64,000 bases of DNA from Candidatus Thiosymbion ectosymbiont of Catanema sp. Cochon2018 (GCA_011392765.1 WYCW01000004.1:573846-637845); one strand, 5' to 3'. Shown: positions 35,924 to 46,081, counted from the first letter of the stretch. Notes: generated by a model not told the origin, from the letters alone. Translations and numbers: made by a program.

Positions 35924-37468
35924 ATGAATATCGGAAACATACTCTCTCGTCATGCCCGCTTCCGATCCGATCATACGGCGCTGATCTGCGGCGATCAGCG
36001 GCTCACATACAGCGAGTTGAACCGGAGTGTCAACCGGATCGCCAATGCCCTCCACGCAGCGGGTATCCGCAAAGGCGACCAGGTGGCCATGCTCCTTCCC
36101 AACTGTAGAGAGCTATGGGAGCTGTATTGGGCCATTGCCAAGCTGGGCGCCGTCTCCGTGCCGCTGAGCCCGCTTCTGAGGGGCAATGGCCTGAGCAATC
36201 AACTCAATAATGCGGACACGGCCCTCCTCGTCACCACCGAATCGGTAGCCGTTCACTTGGATCCGGTATTCGATACCTTACGCCTCCGTCACGGCGATGT
36301 CTGGCTCATCGATGCGGAAGGGCATCATTGCTACGATTCCTTCCATAGCCATAAGCAGCGAGCATCGGATGGGGAGCCCCCGGAAGCCGATATCCGGCCC
36401 GATGATCTCTATAATATCATCTATAGTAGCGGTACCACGGGTGAGCCCAAGGGCATCATGCACACCTATCGCATCCGGGCGGCCTATATGACGTTGTTCA
36501 GTAGTTATTACCGTATGACTCCCAAATGCGTGGTCTTACACTCGGGCTCCATCATATTCAATGGGTCCTTTCTCACGACCATGCCGGTGATGTTTCTCGG
36601 CGGCACATTCGTTCTGCATGAAAATTTCGAGGCCGGGAATGTAGTACGTGCGATCAAGGAAGAAGGCGTAACCCATACCATATTGGTACCGTCGCAGATC
36701 GTGGCTATCCTCGAGCATCCCGATTTCAACGGAGAGCACATCGCATCATTGGAGATGATACTGTCCGTCGGGGCCCCATTGCCTCAAAAACACAAAGAGG
36801 AAATCGATCGCCGTATCCCCGGTGTGTTTTATGAGCTGTACGGACTGACGGAAGGGTTCGTGACCATACTCGATAAGACGGATTTTCATAAGAAGCCGGG
36901 ATCAGTCGGTTGTCCTCCGCAGTTCTTCGACATGCGGATCCTCGATGACGCAGGCCGGGATCTACCTCCGGGAGAGGTGGGAGAGATCGTGGGCAGGGGC
37001 CCGATCCTGATGGCGGGATACTATAAGGACCCCATACGCACGCGAGATACTATAAGGGATGGCTGGTTGTATTCCGGTGATCTGGGGTATATGGATAGGG
37101 ATGGCTATCTCTTCCTGGTGGATCGAAAAAAGGATATGGTCATCAGCGGTGGGGTGAACATATACCCGAAGGATATAGAGGATATAGTGATCGGGCATCC
37201 CGAGGTCCGGGAAGTGGCGGTATTCGGCGTGCCGGATGAATCCTGGGGAGAATCGCTGGTCGCAGCCGTTGTGTTGAAACCATCGAGTGACGTAGAGAGC
37301 GATGAATTGAAGTCCTGGGTCAACGATCGTGTAGAGGCCCGCTTTCACAAGCTCAGGGCGGTCCATATGATGGAGGATTTCCCGCGGAATGTAGCCGGAA
37401 AAACACTCAAACGTGAGATCAAAAGACAATATCTGGAAAGGGAACAAACGGGCCGCCGCTGTGGATGA
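35924..37468 (+). CDS. AMP-dependent synthetase/ligase (acyl-CoA synthetase family)
   Basis: AMP-binding motif IIYSSGTTGEPKG, YGLTE and the C-terminal GKTLKREI. Confidence 0.85.
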   Translation: MNIGNILSRHARFRSDHTALICGDQRLTYSELNRSVNRIANALHAAGIRKGDQVAMLLPNCRELWELYWAIAKLGAVSVPLSPLLRGNGLSNQLNNADTALLVTTESVAVHLDPVFDTLRLRHGDVWLIDAEGHHCYDSFHSHKQRASDGEPPEADIRPDDLYNIIYSSGTTGEPKGIMHTYRIRAAYMTLFSSYYRMTPKCVVLHSGSIIFNGSFLTTMPVMFLGGTFVLHENFEAGNVVRAIKEEGVTHTILVPSQIVAILEHPDFNGEHIASLEMILSVGAPLPQKHKEEIDRRIPGVFYELYGLTEGFVTILDKTDFHKKPGSVGCPPQFFDMRILDDAGRDLPPGEVGEIVGRGPILMAGYYKDPIRTRDTIRDGWLYSGDLGYMDRDGYLFLVDRKKDMVISGGVNIYPKDIEDIVIGHPEVREVAVFGVPDESWGESLVAAVVLKPSSDVESDELKSWVNDRVEARFHKLRAVHMMEDFPRNVAGKTLKREIKRQYLEREQTGRRCG

Positions 37469-37502
37469 CCAAGGCAGCCACCATAGATGACAGGGCAGCC
37501 GC

Positions 37503-37623
37503 CGTGGACAACATGGACTGAATGGACCCAATGGACTGGGGGCAGCTCAGCGCGTCGCAGGTTAGTGGGGCGTTACCAGTTGTCCCCCGTCCACTTTGTC
37601 CATGCCGTCCATGCTGTCCATGG
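37503..37623. repeat. TGGAC-word inverted arms around a ~55 bp loop
   Basis: gtggacaacatggactgaatggacccaatggac ... gtccactttgtccatgccgtccatgctgtccat. It ends 30 nt before the Hsp70-like start codon. Confidence 0.85.
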
Positions 37624-37652
37624 CGGTTGCCCGAAACCTGTCGGAACCCTCA

Positions 37653-40508
37653 ATGTCCCGTTACGCCGTCGGTATCGATCTTGGAACCACCCACACGGTC
37701 GTCGCCTATGCCGACGAGGAGGCGCCCCAAGCACCGCTCCAGGTCTTCCCGATCGACCAATTGGTGGCCCCCGGGGAGGTCGCGGCACGTCCCCTGCTCA
37801 CCTCCATGCGCTACCATCCGGCCGACGGCGAGTTGGCCGACGAAGACCGTATCCTCCCCTGGCAATTGGCCGCGGCTGCCGATGCCGGCGGGGAAGTGGA
37901 AGAAACGGGAGCAGTGGAAAAAACGGGGGCAGTGAAAAAAGCGATCATCGGCGCGCTCGCACGGGAGTTGGGGTCCAAGGTCCCCGGACGGCTGGTCACC
38001 AGCGCCAAAAGCTGGCTCTCGCACCCCGGCGTCGACCGTACCGCGGCCATCCTGCCCTGGGGGGCCGCGCCGGAGGTCCCGCAGGTTTCGCCCCTGGACG
38101 CCAGTGCCGGCTATCTGAGCCACGTCCGTCGGGCCTGGAATCATCGCTTTCCGAACGACCCCCTCGAACACCAGGACATCGTCCTCACGGTCCCCGCCTC
38201 GTTCGACGAGGTCGCCCGGCGGCTCACGGTGGAGGCCGCCCGGCGCGGCGGTCTGCCGCGGGTCCGGTTGGTGGAGGAGCCCCAGGCCGCCTGCTACGAT
38301 TGGCTCGCCCGCCACGCCGAGACACTCGGGCAGGCCCTCTCCGGCGTCCGTACCCTGCTGATCTGCGATGTCGGCGGCGGCACCACCGACCTGACCCTGA
38401 TCCGCGTAGAGCACGCTGACGGCCACCCCCGCTTGGTGCGTATCGGCGTCGGCGAGCACCTGATGCTGGGGGGCGACAATATGGACCTGGCCCTGGCCCA
38501 CATCGCCGAGCGACGATTGGTGGAAGCCGGCGGCCGACTCGGTGCCGCGCAGCTCTCGCAGCTGGTGCAGCAGTGTCGTAACGCCAAGGAGCGGTTACTT
38601 GCACATCAGGCCCCCAAGACCGCATCCGTTACTCTGGTGGGAACGGGCGCGCGCCTGATCGGTCAGGCCCGCTCGACGGAGCTCGGCCGCGATGAGGTCC
38701 AAGAGCTGATCGTCGACGGCTTCTTTCCGCGCACGGCTCCCGACGAACGCCCCCGGTCCAGGCGGGCAGCCCTCGTGGAGTTCGGGCTCCCCTATGCCGC
38801 CGACCCGGCCATTACTCGCCACCTGGCCGCCTTTCTGGCGGATCACGCGGCGGACCTGGCGGCGGGGAGCCATAGCCCGGCTACCCCCGGTGCCGTACCG
38901 GTGCCTGACGCGGTGCTGCTGAACGGCGGTGTATTTCGCAGCGCGGTCCTCGTAGAAAGACTCTTCGAGATCCTGGGTACCTGGCGGGGCGAGCCCCCAC
39001 GGGCGCTATCCAACGACCACCCCGACCTGGCGGTTGCCCGCGGCGCCGTGGCTTACGCCCTGGCCAGACAGGGGCGCGGTGCGCGCATCGGCGGCGGCTC
39101 GGCGCGCAGCTATTTCCTGATGATCGAGGAGGCAATGCGGGATACGCAACGCGCGGTCTGCCTGCTGCCGCGCGGATCGGAAGAGGGCCGGGAGTTGCGC
39201 CTGACCGAACGCCGGTTCTCGTTACGCCTGGGCCAACCGGTGCGCTTCGGCCTCCTCGCCGCCACCGGTGACCGATGCTCCTTGCCCGGTGAGCTGGTCG
39301 AGGTCGATCGCGAACGGTTTCGACCGCTGCCCCCGCTGGCCACCGTCCTCGACGGCCCGGCGGATGCGGACGTGGGAGACGCCCGCGAGGTCCCGGTCCA
39401 GCTGGCGGCCATGCTCACGGACATCGGCACGTTGGAAATCGACTGTGTTGCAACCGATGCGGCCCCGGCTGACCTCAAACGGCGGTGGCGCCTGGAGTTT
39501 CAGCTCCGCGGCCAGGGGGAGAAGGCGGCCGCGGCTATACCCGCGGAGTTTCCCGCGGGTTTCTCTCAGGCGGTGGAACGGATCGAACGGGTCTATGGGA
39601 GCCGGATCGCGGGCGTCGGGCCCAAGGAAGCCAAAACGCTGCAGCGGGACCTGGAAAAGCTCCTCGGCCGCCGCGACACCTGGGAGATTCCGGTGCTGCG
39701 CGAGCTCTTCGGTGTCCTCTGGGACGGCGTCAAACGCCGGCGGCGCAGCGCCGATCATGAGCGCTTGTGGTTCAATCTGGCCGGCTTTTGCTTGCGCCCC
39801 GGCTACGGCTATCCACTCGATGACTGGCGCCTCCGACAGCTCCGGACCCTCTATGAGCAGGGAGTCCAATACCAGGACGAAGCGCGTAACCAGGCCGAAT
39901 GGTGGACCCTGTGGCGGCGTGTCGGCGGCGGCCTGGATCAGGCCCGGCAGCTGCGCATCTTCGGGGACATCGAGGGCCACCTCCACAAGCCCGGCGGCCG
40001 CAGTGGAAAAAGTGAAAAAAGTGGAAAAAGCGCGCAGACGCCGGCCTATGACGCCCTGATCCAGTTAGTGGCGGGCCTCGAACGACTGCCCCCCGAGCAC
40101 AAGGCGCGGCTCGGCGAGTTGCTGTTGCAGGCGGGGCGGAGACCCACCGATGCGACCCGGCGCTGGTGGGCCCTGGGACGTCTGGGGGCGCGGGTCCCCT
40201 TTTACGGCAGCGTGCACCAGGTAGTACCGCGTTCTCTCGCCGAGGCCTGGCTCGAACAGCTGTTCGGCCTCGACTGGCGGGCCGTGGCACCGGCGGCATT
40301 CGCGGCCACCCAGCTGGCGCGGATGAGTGGAGACCGCGAGCGGGACCTGGATTCGGCGGTGCGCGAACGGGTCGTCGTACGCCTGCGCAAAGAGAAGGCC
40401 CCTCAAAGATGGATCGCCATGGTGCAGGCGGTTACCGAGCTCGATGCCTCGGAGGAGGCGCTCATCTTCGGCGAATCCCTGCCCCCCGGCCTGCGGTTGG
40501 TCGGCTGA
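37653..40508 (+). CDS. Large Hsp70/actin-fold ATPase-like protein (~950 aa) with a ~400 aa uncharacterised C-terminal region
   Basis: Phosphate-1 motif YAVGIDLGTTHTVVA and phosphate-2 LICDVGGGTTDLTLI. The C-terminal half has no motif I recognise. The start at 37653 is preferred because upstream codons lie in the repeat. Confidence 0.8.
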   Translation: MSRYAVGIDLGTTHTVVAYADEEAPQAPLQVFPIDQLVAPGEVAARPLLTSMRYHPADGELADEDRILPWQLAAAADAGGEVEETGAVEKTGAVKKAIIGALARELGSKVPGRLVTSAKSWLSHPGVDRTAAILPWGAAPEVPQVSPLDASAGYLSHVRRAWNHRFPNDPLEHQDIVLTVPASFDEVARRLTVEAARRGGLPRVRLVEEPQAACYDWLARHAETLGQALSGVRTLLICDVGGGTTDLTLIRVEHADGHPRLVRIGVGEHLMLGGDNMDLALAHIAERRLVEAGGRLGAAQLSQLVQQCRNAKERLLAHQAPKTASVTLVGTGARLIGQARSTELGRDEVQELIVDGFFPRTAPDERPRSRRAALVEFGLPYAADPAITRHLAAFLADHAADLAAGSHSPATPGAVPVPDAVLLNGGVFRSAVLVERLFEILGTWRGEPPRALSNDHPDLAVARGAVAYALARQGRGARIGGGSARSYFLMIEEAMRDTQRAVCLLPRGSEEGRELRLTERRFSLRLGQPVRFGLLAATGDRCSLPGELVEVDRERFRPLPPLATVLDGPADADVGDAREVPVQLAAMLTDIGTLEIDCVATDAAPADLKRRWRLEFQLRGQGEKAAAAIPAEFPAGFSQAVERIERVYGSRIAGVGPKEAKTLQRDLEKLLGRRDTWEIPVLRELFGVLWDGVKRRRRSADHERLWFNLAGFCLRPGYGYPLDDWRLRQLRTLYEQGVQYQDEARNQAEWWTLWRRVGGGLDQARQLRIFGDIEGHLHKPGGRSGKSEKSGKSAQTPAYDALIQLVAGLERLPPEHKARLGELLLQAGRRPTDATRRWWALGRLGARVPFYGSVHQVVPRSLAEAWLEQLFGLDWRAVAPAAFAATQLARMSGDRERDLDSAVRERVVVRLRKEKAPQRWIAMVQAVTELDASEEALIFGESLPPGLRLVG

Positions 40509-40651
40509 GAGGCTGTCTAAAAACTAACACATTGATTTAAAAATGAAAAATTCTTCGTGTCTTCGTGACTTTGTGTGAGAAATGAAGAACATCACACAAA
40601 GGCACAAAGCTACAAAGGGGTACTAAGAGACTGTCTTTTTAGACAGGCTCT
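40507..40651. mobile_element. MITE-A variant: same termini, different core carrying a TTCGTG/CACAAAG word hairpin
   Basis: gagaggctgtctaaaaactaacacattgattt ... tttttagacaggctc. The left terminus abuts the Hsp70-like TGA. Confidence 0.65.
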
Positions 40652-40741
40652 GAGGGGACACGGACCAGAGGATGAGTATTCTTTTTGCCGCAAACGAACG
40701 CGAATAAGAGAAAACTGTTAATGATCCGGCAGCTTCAATCC

Positions 40742-40801
40742 ATCCGCAGATTACGCAGATAAAAAACACAACAATCTGCGAGAATCTGCGTAATCTGCGG
40801 A
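40742..40801. repeat. CGCAGATT-word hairpin
   Basis: atccgcagattacgcagat ... atctgcgagaatctgcgtaatctgcggac. Confidence 0.85.
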
Positions 40802-40881
40802 CAGAAAAGACAATGTGACCTTTTGCGACCGATTTGCGTTAATTGGTGTTTATTGGCGGATAAATCCCGTACCGGAAAGCG

Positions 40882-42021
40882 ATGCACCCTGAATTTCCCC
40901 TCTTCCCCGACATCCTCTATCTCAACCACGCCGCCGTCGCCCCCTGGCCCAGGCGTACCGTCGCCGCGGTGGCCCGTTTCGCGCAAGAGAGCGGGACGCG
41001 GGGTGCCGCCGATTATTCGCGTTGGATCGGGACCGAGACGCGGCTGCGCGAACGCCTGGCGGACCTGATCGGTGCCCCCTCGCCGACGGACATCGCCCTG
41101 GTAAAAAACACCTCCGAGGGCCTGTCGATCATCGCCTACGGCATCGACTGGAAACCGGGCGACAACGTCATCGGTATCGCCCAGGAATTCCCATCCAACC
41201 GCATCGTCTGGGAGTCCCTGAACGACCGCGGGGTCGCCTATCGCCGGCTCGACCTGGATGCGTCGTCGGCGCCGGAGGCGGATCTCATGGCTTTATGTGA
41301 CGAGCGCACCCGGCTGATCGCCCTGAGCTCGGTCCAGTATGCCAGGGGGTTGTGGTTGGATCTGGAGCGGCTGGGGGACTTCTGCCGTGGCCGGGGTATC
41401 CTGTTCTGCGTGGACGCAATTCAAAGCCTGGGGGTCATACCCTTCGACTTGGCGCGCACCAAAGCGGATTTCGTGGTAGCGGACGGGCACAAGTGGATGC
41501 TGGGTCCCGAGGGACTCGGCCTACTCTATGTGAACCCGCGCCTGCGGCCGGGATTGCGCCTCTCTCAGTACGGCTGGCACATGGTGGAACACCGCGGCGA
41601 TTTCGACCGCGTGGACTGGACCCCCGCTGCAGATGCCAAGCGATTCGAGTGCGGCAGCCCAAATACGCTCGGGGTCCACGCCCTGGATGCCAGCCTGTCT
41701 CTGCTATTGGAGACCGGGATCGATCACATCCGGGCCGCCGTGGCCGAACGCACCCAGCGCCTCATCGAGCTGATCGACGGGCGCGGCTTCGAACTGCTGA
41801 GTCCCAGGGACCCCGAGCGGCGCGCCGGGATCGTAACTTTTCGCGTCCCCGGCGCCGACCACCGGACCCTCCACCAGGCGTTGACAGACCGCGGCGTCAT
41901 CTGCGCCCGACGAGGTGGCGGGATCAGATTCTCTCCCCATTTCTATACCCCGCACAGCATCCTGGAGCGAGCCGTCCGGATAACTGCTAAGATTACGGAA
42001 AGCAAGTTCGCATGGAAGTGA
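40882..42021 (+). CDS. Class-V aminotransferase-fold PLP enzyme (cysteine desulfurase / selenocysteine-lyase-like)
   Basis: 379 aa with LYLNHAAVAPWP, VADGHKWMLGPEGLG (PLP lysine) and GGIRFSPHFYT. The last ~12 codons are AT-richer than the rest. Confidence 0.8.
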   Translation: MHPEFPLFPDILYLNHAAVAPWPRRTVAAVARFAQESGTRGAADYSRWIGTETRLRERLADLIGAPSPTDIALVKNTSEGLSIIAYGIDWKPGDNVIGIAQEFPSNRIVWESLNDRGVAYRRLDLDASSAPEADLMALCDERTRLIALSSVQYARGLWLDLERLGDFCRGRGILFCVDAIQSLGVIPFDLARTKADFVVADGHKWMLGPEGLGLLYVNPRLRPGLRLSQYGWHMVEHRGDFDRVDWTPAADAKRFECGSPNTLGVHALDASLSLLLETGIDHIRAAVAERTQRLIELIDGRGFELLSPRDPERRAGIVTFRVPGADHRTLHQALTDRGVICARRGGGIRFSPHFYTPHSILERAVRITAKITESKFAWK

Positions 42022-42084
42022 CCTTTGGTTAGATTGCATGCAGTCGAATGCACTCAAGTTCCCCATACACGCAAATAGATTTAA

Positions 42085-42639
42085 ATGCTAGTAAATCATT
42101 CGAACGAAAAGCTTGTTAATGCCATCATTTACTTTGTGAAAAACACAAAGTTTTGCGGCAAGACCAAGCTGTTTAAACTGCTCTATTTTCTTGATTTTGA
42201 ACATTACTCTATTACAGGTCGAAGTGTTACGGGTTTGGAGTACCATGCATGGCCAAAAGGTCCGGTTCCTGTCCGAATATTCAATGAGATAGATGCTCCC
42301 GCCAATGAATTCAAGGATGCTTTTCGAATAACAAAGAAGAAAACTTTCCAAGGAAAAGTAATGAACAATATTGTTCCACTAAAAGAGTTTTCACCGGATC
42401 ACTTTACCAAAAGGGAATTGAGATTACTAAAACAGCTAAGTGAAGAATATTCTGAGTCCTATGCGAATGACATGGTGGAGGCAACTCATCTCGAGAATTT
42501 ACCCTGGCACCAGATCTATGAGATTAGGGGTTTAAAGCAAGAACTGATACTGTATGAGCTTGCTCTTAAAAAATCGGAATATGAGCAAGTAATCAAAAAC
42601 GCCTATGAAAATGAAGAGCTTGAGGAGAACTATCGGTGA
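42085..42639 (+). CDS. Panacea/DUF4065 (SocA-like) domain protein, putative antitoxin
   Basis: TKLFKLLYFLDFEHYSITGRSVTGLEYHAWPKGPVP matches the DUF4065 core. The gene is strongly AT-rich relative to its flanks. Confidence 0.7.
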   Translation: MLVNHSNEKLVNAIIYFVKNTKFCGKTKLFKLLYFLDFEHYSITGRSVTGLEYHAWPKGPVPVRIFNEIDAPANEFKDAFRITKKKTFQGKVMNNIVPLKEFSPDHFTKRELRLLKQLSEEYSESYANDMVEATHLENLPWHQIYEIRGLKQELILYELALKKSEYEQVIKNAYENEELEENYR

Positions 42640-42764
42640 CTCCTGGAACTTTTCTTTATGATGACAATTTCAAATTTCATGATGGCGCAGTGGGCCGTAA
42701 AATTTTCGTAGTATTAAACAATGGCACTTCGGGAACATACGTTGCCGCCAAAACAACATCTTGA
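42636..42764 (+). pseudogene. 42-codon ORF translationally coupled (GTGA overlap) to the Panacea gene; possible truncated toxin
   Basis: VTPGTFLYDDNFKFHDGAVGRKIFVVLNNGTSGTYVAAKTTS*. Its position is as expected for the cognate toxin, but the ORF is too short and is followed by MITE-B copy 3. Confidence 0.3.
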
Positions 42765-42797
42765 CAAAACGCTCCAGTGGTAGGTCGGGTTAGGTGC

Positions 42798-42949
42798 CAA
42801 TGCCATTAAGTTAAGCGTTGCCAGTCGGCAAACCAGAGGAAAAACTACGAATCACGCGAATCCTCGCGAATCGATTCGCGGAAATTCGCGTGATTCGTAG
42901 TTTTCTCTTCCGCATCGGTCAGCAACCAGCGACTAACTTAATGGCATTG
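42798..42949. mobile_element. MITE-like element family B, copy 3
   Basis: caatgccattaagtta ... taacttaatggcattg, nearly identical to 30055-30207. Confidence 0.85.
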
Positions 42950-43072
42950 GGTTAAACGCGCCGTGCGATGCGGGCCTGGGCAACCGCGAGGCTGAACGCG
43001 CCGTAACTCGACATCCAAGGATAACCCGCAGCGTCCTGTGCCCGGTACGGGGGTATCGCAAAAGTCCTTTCG

Positions 43073-43142
43073 AACCACAGAGGACACAGAGAACATAGAG
43101 AAAGGCACAGACCAATTCTCTGCGTTCTCTGTGTCCTCTGTG
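43073..43142. repeat. CACAGAG-word hairpin
   Basis: aaccacagaggacacagagaacatagag ... ctctgcgttctctgtgtcctctgtga. Confidence 0.85.
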
Positions 43143-43165
43143 ATTTGAACTTCACAGACTGATAG

Positions 43166-43294
43166 CTGACGCCACCGTTTTTGCGACGCCCTCGGTACGG
43201 TGGGGGGATCCGCTTCTCCCTCCATTTCCATACCCCGCCCGACGTCCTGGAGCAAGCCGTTCGGATAACCGCCGAGGCCGCGGCAAGCGGATAA
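43166..43294 (+). pseudogene. Orphan second copy of the 3' end of the class-V aminotransferase gene
   Basis: Reads ...[30 protein letters not shown], against GGIRFSPHFYTPHSILERAVRITAKITESKFAWK* at 41920-42021. It is preceded by in-frame stops. Confidence 0.7.
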
Positions 43295-43325
43295 CCGCCG
43301 CGCGCCCGATGAAGGTGTCGCAAAA

Positions 43326-43381
43326 GTAGCGCCGGCGTCCCCGCCTGCATTGGTTGATGCAGGCGAGGACGCCTGCGCTAC
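43326..43381. repeat. GTAGCGCNGGCG palindromic element, second copy
   Basis: gtagcgccggcgtccccgcctgca ttggttga tgcaggcgaggacgcctgcgctac, 20 nt upstream of the hsdM ATG. Confidence 0.8.
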
Positions 43382-43400
43382 AGTCGATCCGAGGGAGCCT

Positions 43401-44948
43401 ATGAGTAAGACCGACAACGGCGCCAATCTCGGCTTTGAGAACCGGATGTGGGCCGCCGCCGACAAGCTCCGGGGCCACATGGATGCCTCCGAGTACAAAC
43501 ACGTGGTCCTGGGTCTGATCTTCCTGAAATACATCTCCGACGCCTTCCAGGCCAAGTACGAGCAATTGGAGACGACCCAGGACACCGAATACACGGACCC
43601 GGAAGACCGCGACGAATACCTGGCAGCCAATATCTTCTGGGTCCCGCCGGAGGCCCGCTGGGCCAGGCTGCAGGCCGGCGCCAAGCAATCGACCATCGGC
43701 AAGCTGGTCGATAACGCGATGGCGGCCATCGAGAAAGAGAACCCGACTCTCAGGGGCGTTCTCCCCCAAGACTATGCCCGGCCGTCGCTGGACAAACACC
43801 GGTTGGGTGAACTGATCGACATCATCGGCAAGATTGGGCTGGGGGACGAGGCGGCCCGGTCGAAAGATATCCTGGGCCGGGTGTACGAGTATTTCCTGGG
43901 TCGCTTCGCCGCGGCGGAAGGCAAGGGCGGCGGCGAATTCTACACCCCCCAGTGCGTCGTCAAGCTGCTGGTCCGGATGCTCGAGCCCTATAAGGGCCGC
44001 GTGTACGACCCCTGCTGCGGCTCGGGTGGCATGTTCGTCCAGAGCAAGCGGTTTGTCGAGGAGCACGGCGGCCGGCTGGGCGACATCGCCCTCTATGGTC
44101 AGGAATCCAACGCCACCACCTGGCGGCTGGCCATGATGAACCTGGCGATCCGGGGGCTCGACGCCAACCTCGGCGGTTTTTATGCGGACAGCTTCCATAA
44201 GGACCTGCACCAGGACCTGCGGGCCGATTTCGTCCTCGCCAATCCGCCCTTCAATATGAGCGACTGGGGCGGCGAGCGCCTACGCGAGAACGCCCGCTGG
44301 AAATACGGCATCCCGCCGGTGAACAACGCCAACTACGCCTGGATTCAGCATTTCATTCACCACCTGTCTCCCACAGGGGTTGCCGGCTTTGTCATGGCCA
44401 ACGGGTCCATGTCCACCAACACCACGAGCGAGGGGGAAATCCGCAGGGGCATCATCGAGGCGGATCTGGTGGATTGCATGATCGCCCTGCCCGGCCAACT
44501 CTTTTATACGACCCAGATCCCGGTGTGCCTGTGGTTCCTGGCCCGCAACAAAAAGAACGGCAGGTTCCGGGATCGGCGCGGTCATACGCTCTTCATCGAT
44601 GCACGCAAGCTGGGCGCCCTCATCGACCGGACCCACAAGGATTTTTCCGACCAGGAGATCGACCGAGTCGCCGCGACCTATCACGCCTGGCGCGGCGAGC
44701 AGGAGGCCGAGGAATACGCGGACGTGCCGGGCTTCTGCAAGAGCGCCGCCATCGAGGAGATCAGAGAGCACGGCTATGTGTTGACCCCAGGCCGCTATGT
44801 GGGCGCGGCCGAGGATACCGGTGTTCCCTTTGACCAAAAGATGGCGGAGCTGACCGCAACGCTTAATAAGCAGTTCGCCGAATCGGCTGCGCTGGAAAAG
44901 GAGATCGAGAAGAACCTGGCGGCGCTGGGTTTCGAGGTGAAAAAATGA
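43401..44948 (+). CDS. hsdM: Type I restriction-modification system methyltransferase subunit
   Basis: N-terminal HsdM domain ([38 protein letters not shown]), SAM motif DPCCGSGGM and catalytic NPPF. The ATG at 43401 follows GAGGGA. Confidence 0.92.
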   Translation: MSKTDNGANLGFENRMWAAADKLRGHMDASEYKHVVLGLIFLKYISDAFQAKYEQLETTQDTEYTDPEDRDEYLAANIFWVPPEARWARLQAGAKQSTIGKLVDNAMAAIEKENPTLRGVLPQDYARPSLDKHRLGELIDIIGKIGLGDEAARSKDILGRVYEYFLGRFAAAEGKGGGEFYTPQCVVKLLVRMLEPYKGRVYDPCCGSGGMFVQSKRFVEEHGGRLGDIALYGQESNATTWRLAMMNLAIRGLDANLGGFYADSFHKDLHQDLRADFVLANPPFNMSDWGGERLRENARWKYGIPPVNNANYAWIQHFIHHLSPTGVAGFVMANGSMSTNTTSEGEIRRGIIEADLVDCMIALPGQLFYTTQIPVCLWFLARNKKNGRFRDRRGHTLFIDARKLGALIDRTHKDFSDQEIDRVAATYHAWRGEQEAEEYADVPGFCKSAAIEEIREHGYVLTPGRYVGAAEDTGVPFDQKMAELTATLNKQFAESAALEKEIEKNLAALGFEVKK

Positions 44949-45184
44949 ATGTGAGCGAACTCATCGAGAAGTTGAAAGGTTGCCCTCAGAACGCCCGTGT
45001 CGTTGCACCGGGCTATGAAGATGGGTTTGATGACGTGCTGGATACGCAAGACGTGTTCATCAAGCCGAACGCCAACGTCGAACGATGGTACGAAGGCCTG
45101 CACGACCACCTTTTGCACGATGAATCAGGCGCGGAAAAAGCGGTTCGCTTGATGACGAGCCGCCGATATGGAGATAGCGACTGA
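44945..45184 (+). CDS. Small hypothetical protein (79 aa) overlapping the hsdM stop (ATGA)
   Basis: Translational coupling signature and coding-like composition. No motif recognised. Confidence 0.5.
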   Translation: MNVSELIEKLKGCPQNARVVAPGYEDGFDDVLDTQDVFIKPNANVERWYEGLHDHLLHDESGAEKAVRLMTSRRYGDSD

Positions 45185-45602
45185 TATGGTCGAATACGAC
45201 AAGTTTCAGAAAGCACTCAAACACCTTGAACGCCAGTACGAACATTACAGGACGCTCGATGAAAACCAGCCGGAACTGATCCATGAAGGTATTGCGGAAT
45301 CAGTCATTCATCGCTTTGAAACCTGCTATGACTGCATGTGGAAAGTACTCCGACGCTATCTGATAAATGAGTTGGGAATTCCTGAAGTCCCCAGCAGTCC
45401 GAAGAAAGTTATTCGACTTGCCGGAGAAAACGAGTTGTTCGCTTCATCAACGGAACAGTGGCTGAAATATGCCGAAGCGCGTATTGCTACTTCGCATGAC
45501 TACAGTGGTGAGAAGGCCATGGATGCTCTGGAGCTGATGGGCGACTTCATCGACGATGCGATTGGCCTCTACCAGACCATAAGTGGAGAGACTTGGGAGT
45601 GA
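45168..45602 (+). CDS. HEPN-domain protein, HI0074-type nucleotidyltransferase substrate-binding family (putative toxin), copy 1
   Basis: Four-helix pattern with an Rx4H motif (ARIATSHDYSGEKA). Confidence 0.8.
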   Translation: MEIATDMVEYDKFQKALKHLERQYEHYRTLDENQPELIHEGIAESVIHRFETCYDCMWKVLRRYLINELGIPEVPSSPKKVIRLAGENELFASSTEQWLKYAEARIATSHDYSGEKAMDALELMGDFIDDAIGLYQTISGETWE

Positions 45603-45649
45603 ATGACGGGCGGAAATGGCTGTCCGATCGAAGACCAATCGATGTACCG

Positions 45650-46081
45650 ATGGAGAATAGCGGGATGGATACGGAGCGGCTTGAAAACTCGATCCGGCGC
45701 CTCGCGCAGATGTTGGAGGAGTACGAACGCATCGAGGAGCTCGAAGAGCGCTTGCAGGAGGCGGTGAAGGAATCCTTGCTGCAGCGATTCGAGTACAGCT
45801 GGGAAATGGCCTGGAAGACGGGGAAACGCTATCTCGTCGAGGTCGAAGGTTACCCGAGGGGAATCGGGCCGAATCCCACGGTTCGCCTGCTGGGCGAGTT
45901 GGGCCTGCTCGATCCCGAAAAGTGGCTGGTCTACGCCCAAGCCCGGCAGGACTCCTCGCACGATTACAGCGGCGAAAAGGCGGATTCCGTGCTGGAGATG
46001 ATCGCTGGTTTCTATGCGGATGCGCGCGCGTTGCTGGCAAGACTCGACGAGCGGCTGGAAGACCGGCGGGCGGAACCATGA
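45650..46081 (+). CDS. HEPN-domain protein, HI0074-type, copy 2
   Basis: A paralogous pattern with Rx4H (ARQDSSHDYSGEKA). Its stop overlaps the next ATG (ATGA). The start could also be 45665. Confidence 0.8.
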   Translation: MENSGMDTERLENSIRRLAQMLEEYERIEELEERLQEAVKESLLQRFEYSWEMAWKTGKRYLVEVEGYPRGIGPNPTVRLLGELGLLDPEKWLVYAQARQDSSHDYSGEKADSVLEMIAGFYADARALLARLDERLEDRRAEP

